Shown: one piece after another, positions 17,368 to 27,248 of the stretch
Layout: each line of letters starts with the position of its first letter
Numbering within the stretch: position 1 is the stretch's first letter
Source: a virus
Lineage: Duplodnaviria; Heunggongvirae; Uroviricota; Caudoviricetes
Strand: one strand, 5' to 3'
DNA length: 64,000 bases
IMG/VR virus record: IMGVR_UViG_3300028601_000028
Location: 17,878-81,877 of that record
Program-made: the position numbers and the translations under genes
Notes under the pieces: model-generated
Told to the model about the DNA's origin: nothing
The model's input: the letters and a program-made list of their open reading frames with translations, nothing else
Databases searched by the model: none

Positions 17368-18024
17368 TTATAAATCATTAAATCTTCGTATAATTTTCTT
17401 ATTATTATCTGATATTGTTTCTATTGGTTTATACTGTTTAGTTTTAGTTAATGTATCTTTTTTATTATCTCTGCTCTCATTTTTTGGCTTATTATCTACA
17501 TTTTCTTCGATTTTTGATTCTTCTTCTAATTTTTTCATTTGTTGAACCAATTCTATTTCTTTTTGTTTTTCTCTTTCTAAGATATCATCTATGTTATTAA
17601 CATGTTTAACAGTTGGTATTACTTTTTCTTCAACTTTTTTTGGTTTTTCTTCAACTAATGGTTTATCTTTTTCTAAAATAGCGTCAACCATTACTTTAGG
17701 TTTAGATGGTTTTTCTATTTCTTGATAAAGTTCTTCTATTTTTACATTGGCTCTTGTTTTAATTTCAAATTCATCTGACCAAACAGGAAAATATAATTCT
17801 TCTGATATTATTTCGAATTTTATTTTTCCGGTCTCACCTTTATTATAATTTGATAATTGTGGAATATTAAATGTACAAATATTATCTGTAACATTACCAA
17901 AAAATAAATAATTATTATTTTCATTAGTTATAATTAATCTAGGTTCAATATTATTAATATCGATTCCTTCTATATTAATTTTAAATTTTAATTTATCGTT
18001 CTTTTCATTATTGTAGAATTCCAT
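17368..18024 (-). CDS. hypothetical protein with N-terminal beta domain and K/E-rich coiled-coil C-half
   Basis: ORF. Long charged helical segment (KPKKVEEKVIPTVKHV...EKQKEIELVQQMKKLEEESK). Confidence 0.4.
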   Translation of the reverse strand: MEFYNNEKNDKLKFKINIEGIDINNIEPRLIITNENNNYLFFGNVTDNICTFNIPQLSNYNKGETGKIKFEIISEELYFPVWSDEFEIKTRANVKIEELYQEIEKPSKPKVMVDAILEKDKPLVEEKPKKVEEKVIPTVKHVNNIDDILEREKQKEIELVQQMKKLEEESKIEENVDNKPKNESRDNKKDTLTKTKQYKPIETISDNNKKIIRRFNDL

Positions 18025-18142
18025 AATTGTTAAAATTCTTTTTTATTATATATAAAAAAATAAAAATCATTTTTATTAAAAATAATAAAATACATATTTT
18101 TTATTTAATATATATATTAAAATATACAATTAATATATTTCT

Positions 18143-18400
18143 ATGATGAATAGATTAAGATTACATAATATTTTAATAAATAGTGGGTATGAATTAAATA
18201 GTGATAAAGTCATAATTTATAGCAATCCATCTAAATTTTACTATAAAGATGGTATAATTATAAAGTTTTTTGATGATAGAAGTGTTATAATAGATGATAC
18301 TTTTTATAATAGAAAGTATAAATTTAATAAAAATGATAGTAATTATATAATATCTAATTTTATAAAAATGTTAGAAAAAAATCCAGATAAAGTTTTTTAG
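18143..18400 (+). CDS. hypothetical protein (85 aa)
   Basis: ORF after an AT-rich divergent intergenic region. Confidence 0.3.
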   Translation: MMNRLRLHNILINSGYELNSDKVIIYSNPSKFYYKDGIIIKFFDDRSVIIDDTFYNRKYKFNKNDSNYIISNFIKMLEKNPDKVF

Positions 18401-18450
18401 ATTAAAAATTATTTTATATATTTGCATCTAATTTGTTAATTTAGATAAAA

Positions 18451-19485
18451 ATGAATAAAATAAACAACAGATTTAATATTCTATACAAAACAATAAACGA
18501 CTTCAATTTAAATATAATAAATAAACAGAATATTTATAGTAAATATTCTGACATTCATGGTATTAGAATATCAAATGATTTATTGTCGTTTTTTACAAAT
18601 CTCAATGATACTAATAATAAAGCAGAATACATATTACAGTTATTATTTAGTAATACAATGAATTATGATTATTGCAATCATATTAAAAATAATTTTTTAG
18701 TAGATTTAATTAGTTTATCATTTGGTGATAATGGTTATATAAATACACATAATGATAAACAAAAAATAAAACTTGGTAAATTTATAAATAAAATAGTATT
18801 ATTAGTAAATCAATATGGTTATAATGAATGTATAACTGATGATCAAATTGAAAAAATTGTTGATAAATATAAATCATTTAATACACCTAATGATAACATA
18901 TATTTTAATATACTAGAAGGTGATGATATTTTAAAGGGGTATCAGATAGATAATTACGAAAAAAGAAACTCTAGTGCACTACATGGATCTTGTATGAATA
19001 ATAAATCTGATCTATTAAAATTGTATACACAAAATAAAAATAAAGTAAAATTATTAACATTAAATCGAAATGATAAGATAATCGGAAGATCGTTAATATG
19101 GGATTTAGATAAACCTAAATACATATTTATGGATAGAATATATGCAGTTGATAATTATTTATATAAAATATTTGAAGATTTCGCAATATCTAATAATTGG
19201 ATATATAGGGAAAATTATGCTAGAAATGTTTTTAAAGTAAATTGTTATTTTAAAAGTAAAAATTCACATATTGAAAAACTATCAAATAAAATACGTTTAA
19301 CAGTAAAATTAAATACTGATAATATTAAACTATATCCATATATGGATTCATTTGTATATAGAAGTCATTTAACTAACAAATTTTATATAAATAGTAAAAA
19401 TATGATAAATTACACATATTATCAATCTACTAATGGTGGTAAAACAACCATTAAAAATATACCAATGTTATCATTATTTAGTTAA
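18451..19485 (+). CDS. member of a three-copy paralogous family in this window (with 62050..63582 and 63583..64000)
   Basis: Shared block HGSCMNNKSDLLKLYTQNKNKVKLLTLNRNDKIIGRSLIWDLD...IFMDRIYAVDNY versus RGSCMRYEECGDYLKFYAINPDKVKLIILMDEDHDDKIKGRALLWKID...YFMDRIYFIDNE in 62050..63582. Confidence 0.45.
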   Translation: MNKINNRFNILYKTINDFNLNIINKQNIYSKYSDIHGIRISNDLLSFFTNLNDTNNKAEYILQLLFSNTMNYDYCNHIKNNFLVDLISLSFGDNGYINTHNDKQKIKLGKFINKIVLLVNQYGYNECITDDQIEKIVDKYKSFNTPNDNIYFNILEGDDILKGYQIDNYEKRNSSALHGSCMNNKSDLLKLYTQNKNKVKLLTLNRNDKIIGRSLIWDLDKPKYIFMDRIYAVDNYLYKIFEDFAISNNWIYRENYARNVFKVNCYFKSKNSHIEKLSNKIRLTVKLNTDNIKLYPYMDSFVYRSHLTNKFYINSKNMINYTYYQSTNGGKTTIKNIPMLSLFS

Positions 19486-20082
19486 TTTTAATTGAATTGA
19501 TTGTATTATTTGTAAATATTTATTTTGTATATACTTTATAATATCATTTTTTTTACTAATATCTGATGTAGTTAATAATTTATTTACTATGTCTTGTATC
19601 AATTCATCTCTGTTATATTCAGATATAAAATGAGATAATTTTATATTATTATGGTATATTTTATTTAATATTATTATATCATTATCGAAATTAGTATTTA
19701 CTATTTCTACAATTTTTTCGTATATAAGTGATTTTTTAGGAATAAACATTGTTTTTTCGTTATTAAATAAAATATTATCTATAATATCATTTACAGAATT
19801 TGTTACATCTACTAATGATGTTTTTAATGTTAAAGATATCATATTTATACTGGATTGATCATCTAATATATTTTTATGTTCTCTTAGTTGTTCTATTTTA
19901 TCTATTATTTTATTATTTTGTTCTTCAAAACTATTAACAATTTCTTTAATTTTTTTTCTATCATTTCTCTTATTATAAATAATAGTAAATACATATGCTA
20001 ATGTTATTATTATTAAAGCAGATAACTTGTAAATACTATCAATAGAATCTATCACACTAGGATCAATTTGAAGCAATAACAT
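19474..20082 (-). CDS. membrane-anchored coiled-coil protein
   Basis: N-terminal hydrophobic segment LSALIIITLAYVFTIIY followed by heptad-like helical sequence. Confidence 0.4.
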   Translation of the reverse strand: MLLLQIDPSVIDSIDSIYKLSALIIITLAYVFTIIYNKRNDRKKIKEIVNSFEEQNNKIIDKIEQLREHKNILDDQSSINMISLTLKTSLVDVTNSVNDIIDNILFNNEKTMFIPKKSLIYEKIVEIVNTNFDNDIIILNKIYHNNIKLSHFISEYNRDELIQDIVNKLLTTSDISKKNDIIKYIQNKYLQIIQSIQLKLTK

Positions 20083-20157
20083 AAATATTTATTTTTATTT
20101 TATATATAAAATTAAGAATATTAAATTTTAATATATAGATAAAAATATGTGAATTAG

Positions 20158-22605
20158 ATGTATTATTTACTAGATAAAAAATCAGATGAAACTTTTACAA
20201 TAAATTTTATAGGTTCAGAAAAATTTGATATTGGTAATAAACTAATATTAAAGATGCCTGAATGTGTAAAGGGAATAACTAAAATAACATCATTTAATGA
20301 TATAATTATAGGAGAAACAAAGACATCATTTTTAAAAAAATCATTCAGATATAAAAATGGAAAAACATATGAATGGTCTAATATTTTATCAATAGATGAA
20401 ATAACAAATATAGAAATATGTCCATCTAGATGTTTAGAATTAGAAATAATATATTTTAGAGTAGATGATAATAGAGATAATAATACTGAGATTTTCTTAA
20501 ACGGTGTAACTATAAATGGGGAATATAATATAATGAAATCTGATAGTTTTGTAACTTTAACTATTGATAATCCTTTACAAATATTAGAAGTAGGTGATTT
20601 ATTAAAAATATTCTCAATTGATGCTTTTGAAATAATATCTACATCTAAACTAGATGATCATTTTACAATAAAATATAGATATTCACAAAATGATAAAAGA
20701 TCATGGACAAAATGGGAACCATTAACAAAAGAAAATATATCTACTGCAAAATGGGATAAATTAAGATTTGTTGAATTACAATATCTATTTGAACTATCAC
20801 CAAATGTTATAAAACCAGTTAAAATATATGACGTTATATTATATGGCGATTTCCAAAATGTAACAGCTAACTATAAAAAAATCAATAAATTCGGATTAAA
20901 AGAAAACTGTGTGAATTTAGCATTTAAACCTTCTGATATAAAAGAACAAACAAGTGGTATAGATGAAACTATACCAGCTAAATCTTTAGATTCTAATACA
21001 TTATCATTGATAAAGGAAACATCAGAATACCAATTAAGAATGAATTGGTTAACACAAGGTATAAATTGTTATTCTAATGTATTATCATCTGAAGGTATGA
21101 CACAATTAGATGTGTTAAATGCTGAAAATAAAGCTAACTCTGCTAATTTTTGGAATCCTTATGAATTTGATAAGATAACAAATTTTCATGATATGTTAGC
21201 TAAACAAATATCAGATATGTTGGGTATGACAGTGGAATACCATCTGACCGATCCTGATGGAAATGGTATAGATAGAGTAATTCATGAGTATCAATTACAT
21301 AACATAATAGATTATAAAAATATTAAAGTATTAGTACCTGATAATCAATTCCCAGAAAATCAAATTATAATAAATCAGTTTAATCTTGATTTATTTGATA
21401 CATTTAAGGTACATATATTAAAAAGTGATTTTAAAGAAGTATTTGGTATAGGTAAAAGACCTGGACAAGAAGATGTTTTATATTTTTGTCAAGTTAATAG
21501 AATGTATATTGTAAAACATGCTCAAATTCATAAGAATATTATGAATGCTGGTATTTATTATGATGTTGTTCTTGAGAAATATGAAAAAAGATCTAATGTT
21601 ATTAATAGGGTTGAAGAATCTAAATCAAGAATTGAACAACTTACAAGAAATACAACAATTGATGAATTATTTGGTTTTGAAGAAGAACAAGACTTTAAAA
21701 AGGTTGCAAATAAAATTCAGTTAAAACCAAAATCATTCGATTTTATAAGATCAAATATAAATAAAGATACTAAAATTGTTAAAAATGATATTTATAATGG
21801 AAGTATTAAAGTAATGGAAAATTATTATGATATTTCAAGAGTTCAATCATCAGATAACGCTGTAACTTATAAAAAAGCAGATAATAAATTATTAAAATCT
21901 GATAACAGGTCATTTATATTTTGGTTTAAATTTCCTAATGAATATGATGTTAACAAAGCAATAACTAAAAGAGTGATAAATGGTTATGATATAGATGATA
22001 ATAGATATTATTTTTTAGTAAATTATGATGATGATAGTGGATTAGGCTATTCTATATTTTATCAAAGTGGATATATATATCTTCAAATAAATGATAATTT
22101 ATATAAGATGGAATCAGATATTATGACAAATGTTTGGTTTAGTTTAATTATTAATTTAGAACAAAGACAGAATAGTATTACAATGAAACTATATAGAAGA
22201 AATACATCAGTTAATGTTTTACTATTCAATCCATTATCATATGATAGAATTCAATTAAATATTGAAGATATTGAAGACATTGATTATGAAATGAGAGTTA
22301 ATGGATTTAGAGCAGTAGATAATATTGAGATAAATTCAGAAGAAGTTAAATCTAAATATTTATTAATAAACTCATTAGAACAACAAATAAACCCAATTGA
22401 TTTTGAACATGTGAAAGATATGTATATACCTGGTTCTAAGATGAGTATATCTAATATAAGAATATTTAATGATATTATTCCTAATGATTATGATAATATA
22501 ATATTAAACCAGTTAATTATAAAAGATGAGCAGAATTTGATATTATCAGATAATGCAAATAAAAAATTAATAACTACAAATTATCCAAATAAACAATGGA
22601 GATAA
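20158..22605 (+). CDS. large hypothetical (structural?) protein, 815 aa, with a LamG/ConA-like beta-sandwich signature
   Basis: Segment FIFWFKFPNEYDV...YYFLVNYDDDSGLGYSIFYQSGYIYLQINDNLYK...NVWFSLIINL resembles laminin-G/concanavalin-like jelly-roll patterns. Confidence 0.4.
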   Translation: MYYLLDKKSDETFTINFIGSEKFDIGNKLILKMPECVKGITKITSFNDIIIGETKTSFLKKSFRYKNGKTYEWSNILSIDEITNIEICPSRCLELEIIYFRVDDNRDNNTEIFLNGVTINGEYNIMKSDSFVTLTIDNPLQILEVGDLLKIFSIDAFEIISTSKLDDHFTIKYRYSQNDKRSWTKWEPLTKENISTAKWDKLRFVELQYLFELSPNVIKPVKIYDVILYGDFQNVTANYKKINKFGLKENCVNLAFKPSDIKEQTSGIDETIPAKSLDSNTLSLIKETSEYQLRMNWLTQGINCYSNVLSSEGMTQLDVLNAENKANSANFWNPYEFDKITNFHDMLAKQISDMLGMTVEYHLTDPDGNGIDRVIHEYQLHNIIDYKNIKVLVPDNQFPENQIIINQFNLDLFDTFKVHILKSDFKEVFGIGKRPGQEDVLYFCQVNRMYIVKHAQIHKNIMNAGIYYDVVLEKYEKRSNVINRVEESKSRIEQLTRNTTIDELFGFEEEQDFKKVANKIQLKPKSFDFIRSNINKDTKIVKNDIYNGSIKVMENYYDISRVQSSDNAVTYKKADNKLLKSDNRSFIFWFKFPNEYDVNKAITKRVINGYDIDDNRYYFLVNYDDDSGLGYSIFYQSGYIYLQINDNLYKMESDIMTNVWFSLIINLEQRQNSITMKLYRRNTSVNVLLFNPLSYDRIQLNIEDIEDIDYEMRVNGFRAVDNIEINSEEVKSKYLLINSLEQQINPIDFEHVKDMYIPGSKMSISNIRIFNDIIPNDYDNIILNQLIIKDEQNLILSDNANKKLITTNYPNKQWR

Positions 22606-22656
22606 TTTTTTTATTCAAAAAAAATTATTATATTTGCAAATAATTTCATAATAAAA

Positions 22657-23235
22657 ATGGATAAATTATATACAAGAGTTAATTTAATAATCGAAGTTAA
22701 AGACTATCCTGTTGGTGGTATAGTAAAAATGCATTTTTGGTTAAATTATATATTAGACGTTGAAGATGTTGATAAATTTATCAAAGATAATATAGAATTT
22801 AATCAAGATTTTAAAAATAAATATACTATAAATAAGGTATCAGTGGGAGGAATTCATTATTGTTCAAGTATGTCTAATAAAGAAGGATTTGGTAATTTAA
22901 TATTTGATTCTTATATTAGACACACACCAATATTTAATAAAGATAATAAAAATGAAAATAATACTGAATATAAAAAGAAAAAAAACATAACATTAGATGA
23001 TATTGATCTTTTTAATATAGATAATGAAGAATTAAAAAATTATATAAAAAAGATAAATAATGAATTATTTAAAAGAGAATATTTTTTAAGTGATGATGAA
23101 TTTAATTTTTATGATAAATCTAATGGATCAATTGATATAAAAGATGTTAAAAATATTTATAAGAAATATAATGGTGATTTAATAAAGTACAAAAAAGATA
23201 TAATAAGAAATAAATTAAAATGTCTAACTATATAG
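22657..23235 (+). CDS. hypothetical protein (192 aa)
   Basis: ORF. Confidence 0.35.
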   Translation: MDKLYTRVNLIIEVKDYPVGGIVKMHFWLNYILDVEDVDKFIKDNIEFNQDFKNKYTINKVSVGGIHYCSSMSNKEGFGNLIFDSYIRHTPIFNKDNKNENNTEYKKKKNITLDDIDLFNIDNEELKNYIKKINNELFKREYFLSDDEFNFYDKSNGSIDIKDVKNIYKKYNGDLIKYKKDIIRNKLKCLTI

Positions 23236-23713
23236 TTAGACATTTTCTTATATCTTTTGAGTTATAGTATACAAATATCTTATCTCTTTGTTTAACATTT
23301 ATAATATCTAAGTTTTTAACTTTATCTGATATTTCATTTATATAATCTTTTAATTCTTTTAATGATTGAGTATAATTAAATGGTGGGTTATAATAATCAG
23401 GAAATTTATCTAAATATGTTGATATTTCTTTAGTTATAGTATTTTTATTTATATATAACTCGTCTTTTATAATATTACTTTTTATTTGTAATATATCTAA
23501 TATATTTTCATTGAATCGATGTATTAGGTTATTGGTTTCTATTATTTTTAATAATCCAATTGCATAAGCATCATTTTCACTTAACGATATTGGTTTATTA
23601 TCATTTACTATTTTTTTTATTTGATCTTCATCTTTATCATGTAAACAAAACTTTTTATATTTATCCCATAAACATCTTTGTATTATATCATTTGGTGTAA
23701 CTATTATTTGCAT
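23228..23713 (-). CDS. hypothetical protein (161 aa)
   Basis: ORF. Confidence 0.35.
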   Translation of the reverse strand: MQIIVTPNDIIQRCLWDKYKKFCLHDKDEDQIKKIVNDNKPISLSENDAYAIGLLKIIETNNLIHRFNENILDILQIKSNIIKDELYINKNTITKEISTYLDKFPDYYNPPFNYTQSLKELKDYINEISDKVKNLDIINVKQRDKIFVYYNSKDIRKCLTI

Positions 23714-23722
23714 ATATTATAT

Positions 23723-24037
23723 TTATTTTTTAATATTATTTTCATTTAAATAGATATTAATAGTTTCATACTTTTTACAATTATTTATAAAATTTACTTC
23801 ATCATAAATGTCTAATTTAAACCATTCTCCATTAACTTTTTTATGTCTATAAATATTATGTAATGTTTTTTCTATTATTTTACTATAATCTGATTGATAT
23901 TCATCAACTATAATAATTTTATTAGGACAACCTGTTTGTAAATTTTTTAATCTTGAATTTACTGTACTTTTTGTATATCCTATTTTATATATTGGAGAAT
24001 TATCATCAATCATTTTTAATAAGTATACTTTTGGCAT
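23723..24037 (-). CDS. small GIY-YIG-like (T5orf172/MUG113-type) domain protein
   Basis: VYLLKMIDDNSPIYKIGYTKSTVNSRLKNLQTGCP...EKTLHNIYRHKKVNGEWFKL matches the T5orf172 pattern (YiY...g.iKIG.T.....Rl..l......E..lH..f...r..gEWF). Confidence 0.5.
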   Translation of the reverse strand: MPKVYLLKMIDDNSPIYKIGYTKSTVNSRLKNLQTGCPNKIIIVDEYQSDYSKIIEKTLHNIYRHKKVNGEWFKLDIYDEVNFINNCKKYETINIYLNENNIKK

Positions 24038-24090
24038 ATATAATATTCTTTTTGGTTATATATTATAATATATATGTCCAAAAAGAATAT

Positions 24091-24354
24091 TTATTTACTT
24101 ATATCTTCGGTATTAATATCTACATTAAGATCAACATCAACATCGATATCTAAATCTACATCTACATCTACATTAGTATTTTCATTTTCTACCACATTAG
24201 ATATTTGCTGCTGATTTTTTAATTGAAATTCTTTAACCTTTTCAAAATAATCTTTTATTTTTTGTTCTTTTAATCTCTTATTGGTTACTTGAATTTGTCT
24301 TTTATATTCCGCTACTTTCTTTTTGTGTTTTTTCCCATGTTTTGATTTTGGCAT
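24091..24354 (-). CDS. small protein with lysine-rich N-terminus and (D-V/I/L)n acidic dipeptide-repeat C-terminus
   Basis: MPKSKHGKKHKKK... followed by NVDVDVDLDIDVDVDLNVDIN. The DNA shows the corresponding hexamer periodicity at 24120..24180. Confidence 0.35.
   Translation of the reverse strand: MPKSKHGKKHKKKVAEYKRQIQVTNKRLKEQKIKDYFEKVKEFQLKNQQQISNVVENENTNVDVDVDLDIDVDVDLNVDINTEDISK
24120..24180. repeat. short tandem hexanucleotide-period repeat (gatgtt/gatatc/tagatg variants)
   Basis: Directly visible periodicity, acatcaacatcgatatctaaatctacatctacatctaca, encoding the DV repeats. Confidence 0.5.
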
Positions 24355-24410
24355 AATTAATTTGTTATTTTTTAAAATTATTTAATTATTTATTATATTT
24401 TATTAATGTT

Positions 24411-24713
24411 TTAAAGTTTATTTTCATTTAAAAAATTATTTAGTATTTCTTCTGTATTTGGTATGCTATTATGTATAAAATAGATTAATTCGTTTATTTT
24501 ATCATAGTCATAAATATTATCAATGTTTAATTTTATTAATAATTTGTCTTCTGGTACTATTCTAATATTTCCATTTCTATCATACCAATATCCTATTTCA
24601 TATATATCTTCACCTGCAATCATATTTAATAATAACGCTACACCATTATCTATTTTACCAATATAATCAATTATACTTATGGATATTGGTAAATCTTTAA
24701 TAATATCATTCAT
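24411..24713 (-). CDS. hypothetical protein (100 aa)
   Basis: ORF. Confidence 0.35.
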   Translation of the reverse strand: MNDIIKDLPISISIIDYIGKIDNGVALLLNMIAGEDIYEIGYWYDRNGNIRIVPEDKLLIKLNIDNIYDYDKINELIYFIHNSIPNTEEILNNFLNENKL

Positions 24714-24764
24714 ATAAATAGAAACATTTTATTTTTATATATAATAGAAAATAATATTTGTTTT

Positions 24765-25136
24765 ATGCCAAACGCGGATATTAAAGATTTTAATATTAGA
24801 TATAAAGGACATCCAAAATTTAAAGATTTAAAATTAATAGAGGATAGAACATTAGAAGTAATAATACAGAAATTAGAAATGATGCTTTTTACAAATAAAG
24901 GCGAAGTTCTAAATGATTATAATTTTGGTGCCAATTTAGAGTATTATTTATGGTCAACTAAAGTACCTGTAAATAGAATAAAAGATGAAATACAAGAACA
25001 AATAAATCAATATATACCAGAATTAAATAATTATGAATATACAATTGATACAAAATTATATAATGGTACAAAAAGAGATATTTTATTTATAAATATAAAT
25101 ATAAAAGATATTGAAGTTACATTTCTCTTAAAATAA
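24765..25136 (+). CDS. gp25/GPW-like baseplate wedge protein
   Basis: LEVIIQKLEMMLFTNKGEVLNDYNFGANLEYYLW...IKDEIQEQINQYIPEL follows the T4 gp25 pattern LRSIKNSLLGIITTRKGSRPFDPEFGCDLSDQLFE...VERNIESAVRNYEPRI. Confidence 0.5.
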   Translation: MPNADIKDFNIRYKGHPKFKDLKLIEDRTLEVIIQKLEMMLFTNKGEVLNDYNFGANLEYYLWSTKVPVNRIKDEIQEQINQYIPELNNYEYTIDTKLYNGTKRDILFININIKDIEVTFLLK

Positions 25137-25145
25137 AAATGTATT

Positions 25146-25670
25146 ATGAAATTAAATAAAAATGAGTTAGATGAAAAGTATATTAATATATTAACAACCA
25201 ATAGAGTTAATGATATTATAGAAAAACAAAATTTAAATTTAAAATTAACCAAAGATGAACATATATGGTTTGATAGGCAATTTGGTGTTCGTAGAGCAAA
25301 TCTAAAATTTGCACATACAAAAAAAGAATTAGAGGAATATACCAAATGTAAGATGGATATTCATTATTTTGCTGATAATTATTGTCAAATAAAAAGAGAA
25401 GATGGTACAATAGGACCAATGAAATTAAGAGATTACCAAAAAGATATTTTAGATTTATATGCAAATAACAGGTACTCAATATTAATGGCTAGCCGGCAAA
25501 TGGGAAAATGCAACTCTTTGATTTCTAAAGTGTTAGTAAAAGATAATAATGGAAAAGAGTTTAATATAACAATCGGTGAATTATATTATACTTATATTCA
25601 ACAAGAAAGAAAATTAACACTAATAGAAATATTAAAATTATTTTTATATAAAATATTGTCATTTTTATAA
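25146..25670 (+). CDS. terL: large terminase subunit (T4 gp17-type), N-terminal fragment ending in a split-intein N-piece
   Basis: Walker A SRQMGK (T4: SRQLGKT). The threonine position is taken by Cys122, which starts the intein block A CNSLISKVLVKDNNGKEFNITIGEL. A stop follows after 53 aa. Confidence 0.8.
   Translation: MKLNKNELDEKYINILTTNRVNDIIEKQNLNLKLTKDEHIWFDRQFGVRRANLKFAHTKKELEEYTKCKMDIHYFADNYCQIKREDGTIGPMKLRDYQKDILDLYANNRYSILMASRQMGKCNSLISKVLVKDNNGKEFNITIGELYYTYIQQERKLTLIEILKLFLYKILSFL
25509..25670 (+). mobile_element. split intein N-fragment (53 aa) in terL Walker A
   Basis: Cys-initiated block A. No block B within this piece; block B is in the downstream ORF. Confidence 0.6.
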
Positions 25671-25732
25671 ATTACTTTACCAAATTATCTTTTAGCCATA
25701 AAATTTTTATATATAAAAGAAAAAATAAAAAT

Positions 25733-26791
25733 ATGAAAATTAAAATATTAAGTAAATTAAAAGAAAAAAATATTGTTATTAAAGAAAATATAATAATTAA
25801 TGATAATGATGAATCTGTTACATCTAGAATTGATGGAACTCAAAGAAAAAGGATATATGGTAAATATTTAAAAAGTATTGGTTTAACAAGCGAAGAATAT
25901 AAAATATTATTTCCTGATGCACCATTGATGGCAAAATCTGATTATAAAAATACTACTAAAAATTCAGGTCAACATATGAAACAAGAAAAATATAAACGAC
26001 TTTTTTCAGAAAAAATTAAAGGATGTAAAAATCCAAATCATAAATCAAAAACTACAGAAAAAGAAAGAAAAGAACGAAGTCCTTTTAGTAAAGATTTTTA
26101 TAAAAATAAATATAAAAATATAACAGATAAAGATATTGATTATATTAGAAAAAATTTTATAAAAGACTTTATTAAAGATAGAGTCACAACAACTCAAATC
26201 GAATATTATTTAAATAAAGGTTATGATGAAAAAACATCAAAAAAAATGTTGTCTGAAAGACAAAAAACATTTAGTTTAGATTTATGTATTAAAAAATATG
26301 GCAACGATAAAGGAAAAGAAATTTGGAATAATAGGCAAATAAAATGGCAAAAATCGTTATTACAAAATGGTAATTTAAAATGTGGATATTCCAAAATATC
26401 ACAAAAATTATTTTATGATATTTTAAATAAATATAATATTAATGATAAATCTTATATTTATTTTGCTACAAAAAATCAAGAATATTATTTATCTGGTGGA
26501 AAAGAATTATTTTATCAATATGATTTTGTTGATTTAAAAAATAAAAAGATAATAGAATATAATGGAGATCAATATCACGCTAATCCAAAAATATATGAAT
26601 CAAATGATAATCCACACCCGTTTAGAAAAAACATAACAGCTCAAGAAATTTGGGATAAAGATAATAATAAAATACAATTAGCTCACGATAATGGATTTGA
26701 AGTATTAATAGTATGGGATTCAGAATATAAAGAAAATAAAGAAATAATATTAAAAAAATGTTTAAATTTTTTAAATATTAATAAAAAATAA
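25733..26791 (+). CDS. free-standing homing-endonuclease-like protein (same family as 5020..6138), between the terL halves
   Basis: YYLNKGYDEKTSKKM / RQKTFSLDLCIKKYGNDKGKEIW repeats, then QYDFVDLKNKKIIEYNGDQYHANPKIYE...GFEVLIVWDSEYKENKEIILKKCLNFL. Closely parallels 5020..6138. Confidence 0.7.
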   Translation: MKIKILSKLKEKNIVIKENIIINDNDESVTSRIDGTQRKRIYGKYLKSIGLTSEEYKILFPDAPLMAKSDYKNTTKNSGQHMKQEKYKRLFSEKIKGCKNPNHKSKTTEKERKERSPFSKDFYKNKYKNITDKDIDYIRKNFIKDFIKDRVTTTQIEYYLNKGYDEKTSKKMLSERQKTFSLDLCIKKYGNDKGKEIWNNRQIKWQKSLLQNGNLKCGYSKISQKLFYDILNKYNINDKSYIYFATKNQEYYLSGGKELFYQYDFVDLKNKKIIEYNGDQYHANPKIYESNDNPHPFRKNITAQEIWDKDNNKIQLAHDNGFEVLIVWDSEYKENKEIILKKCLNFLNINKK

Positions 26792-26798
26792 ATGGTTT

Positions 26799-27248
26799 AT
26801 GTTTAAACTTATATTAAGATTTATTATTTATAAAATAATAGAATTTATTGAAAAAATAGAATACCGAAACTATAAATTTGATAATGATAATCCATTTAAT
26901 AAAATAATCAATATTATAAATAATAATGATTTATTAATTAAAACTGATTATGGATTTGTACCATTTAGTGAAATAAATTTAACATCGCCTTTGCCACTTT
27001 ATAGATTAGAATTAGAAAACGGTGATTGGTTAGAATGTGCTGATTATCATATAGTTTTTATAAAAGGACATCATCAAAAATTCGTTAAAGATTTAACTAT
27101 TGATGATTATGTTTTATGTAAAGGTGATTATATAAATGGTGTGAAGGTAAAACGAATAACAAATTTAAAATCTAAAGTTAGTATGGTTGATATTACTGTG
27201 GATACCAATGAACGAAGTTATTATTCCAATAATATATTGTCACACAAC
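26799..27248 (+). mobile_element. split intein C-fragment (IntC) of the terL intein
   Basis: Ends SYYSNNILSHN with +1 Thr at 27249, which is the Thr of the GKT P-loop. Confidence 0.6.
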
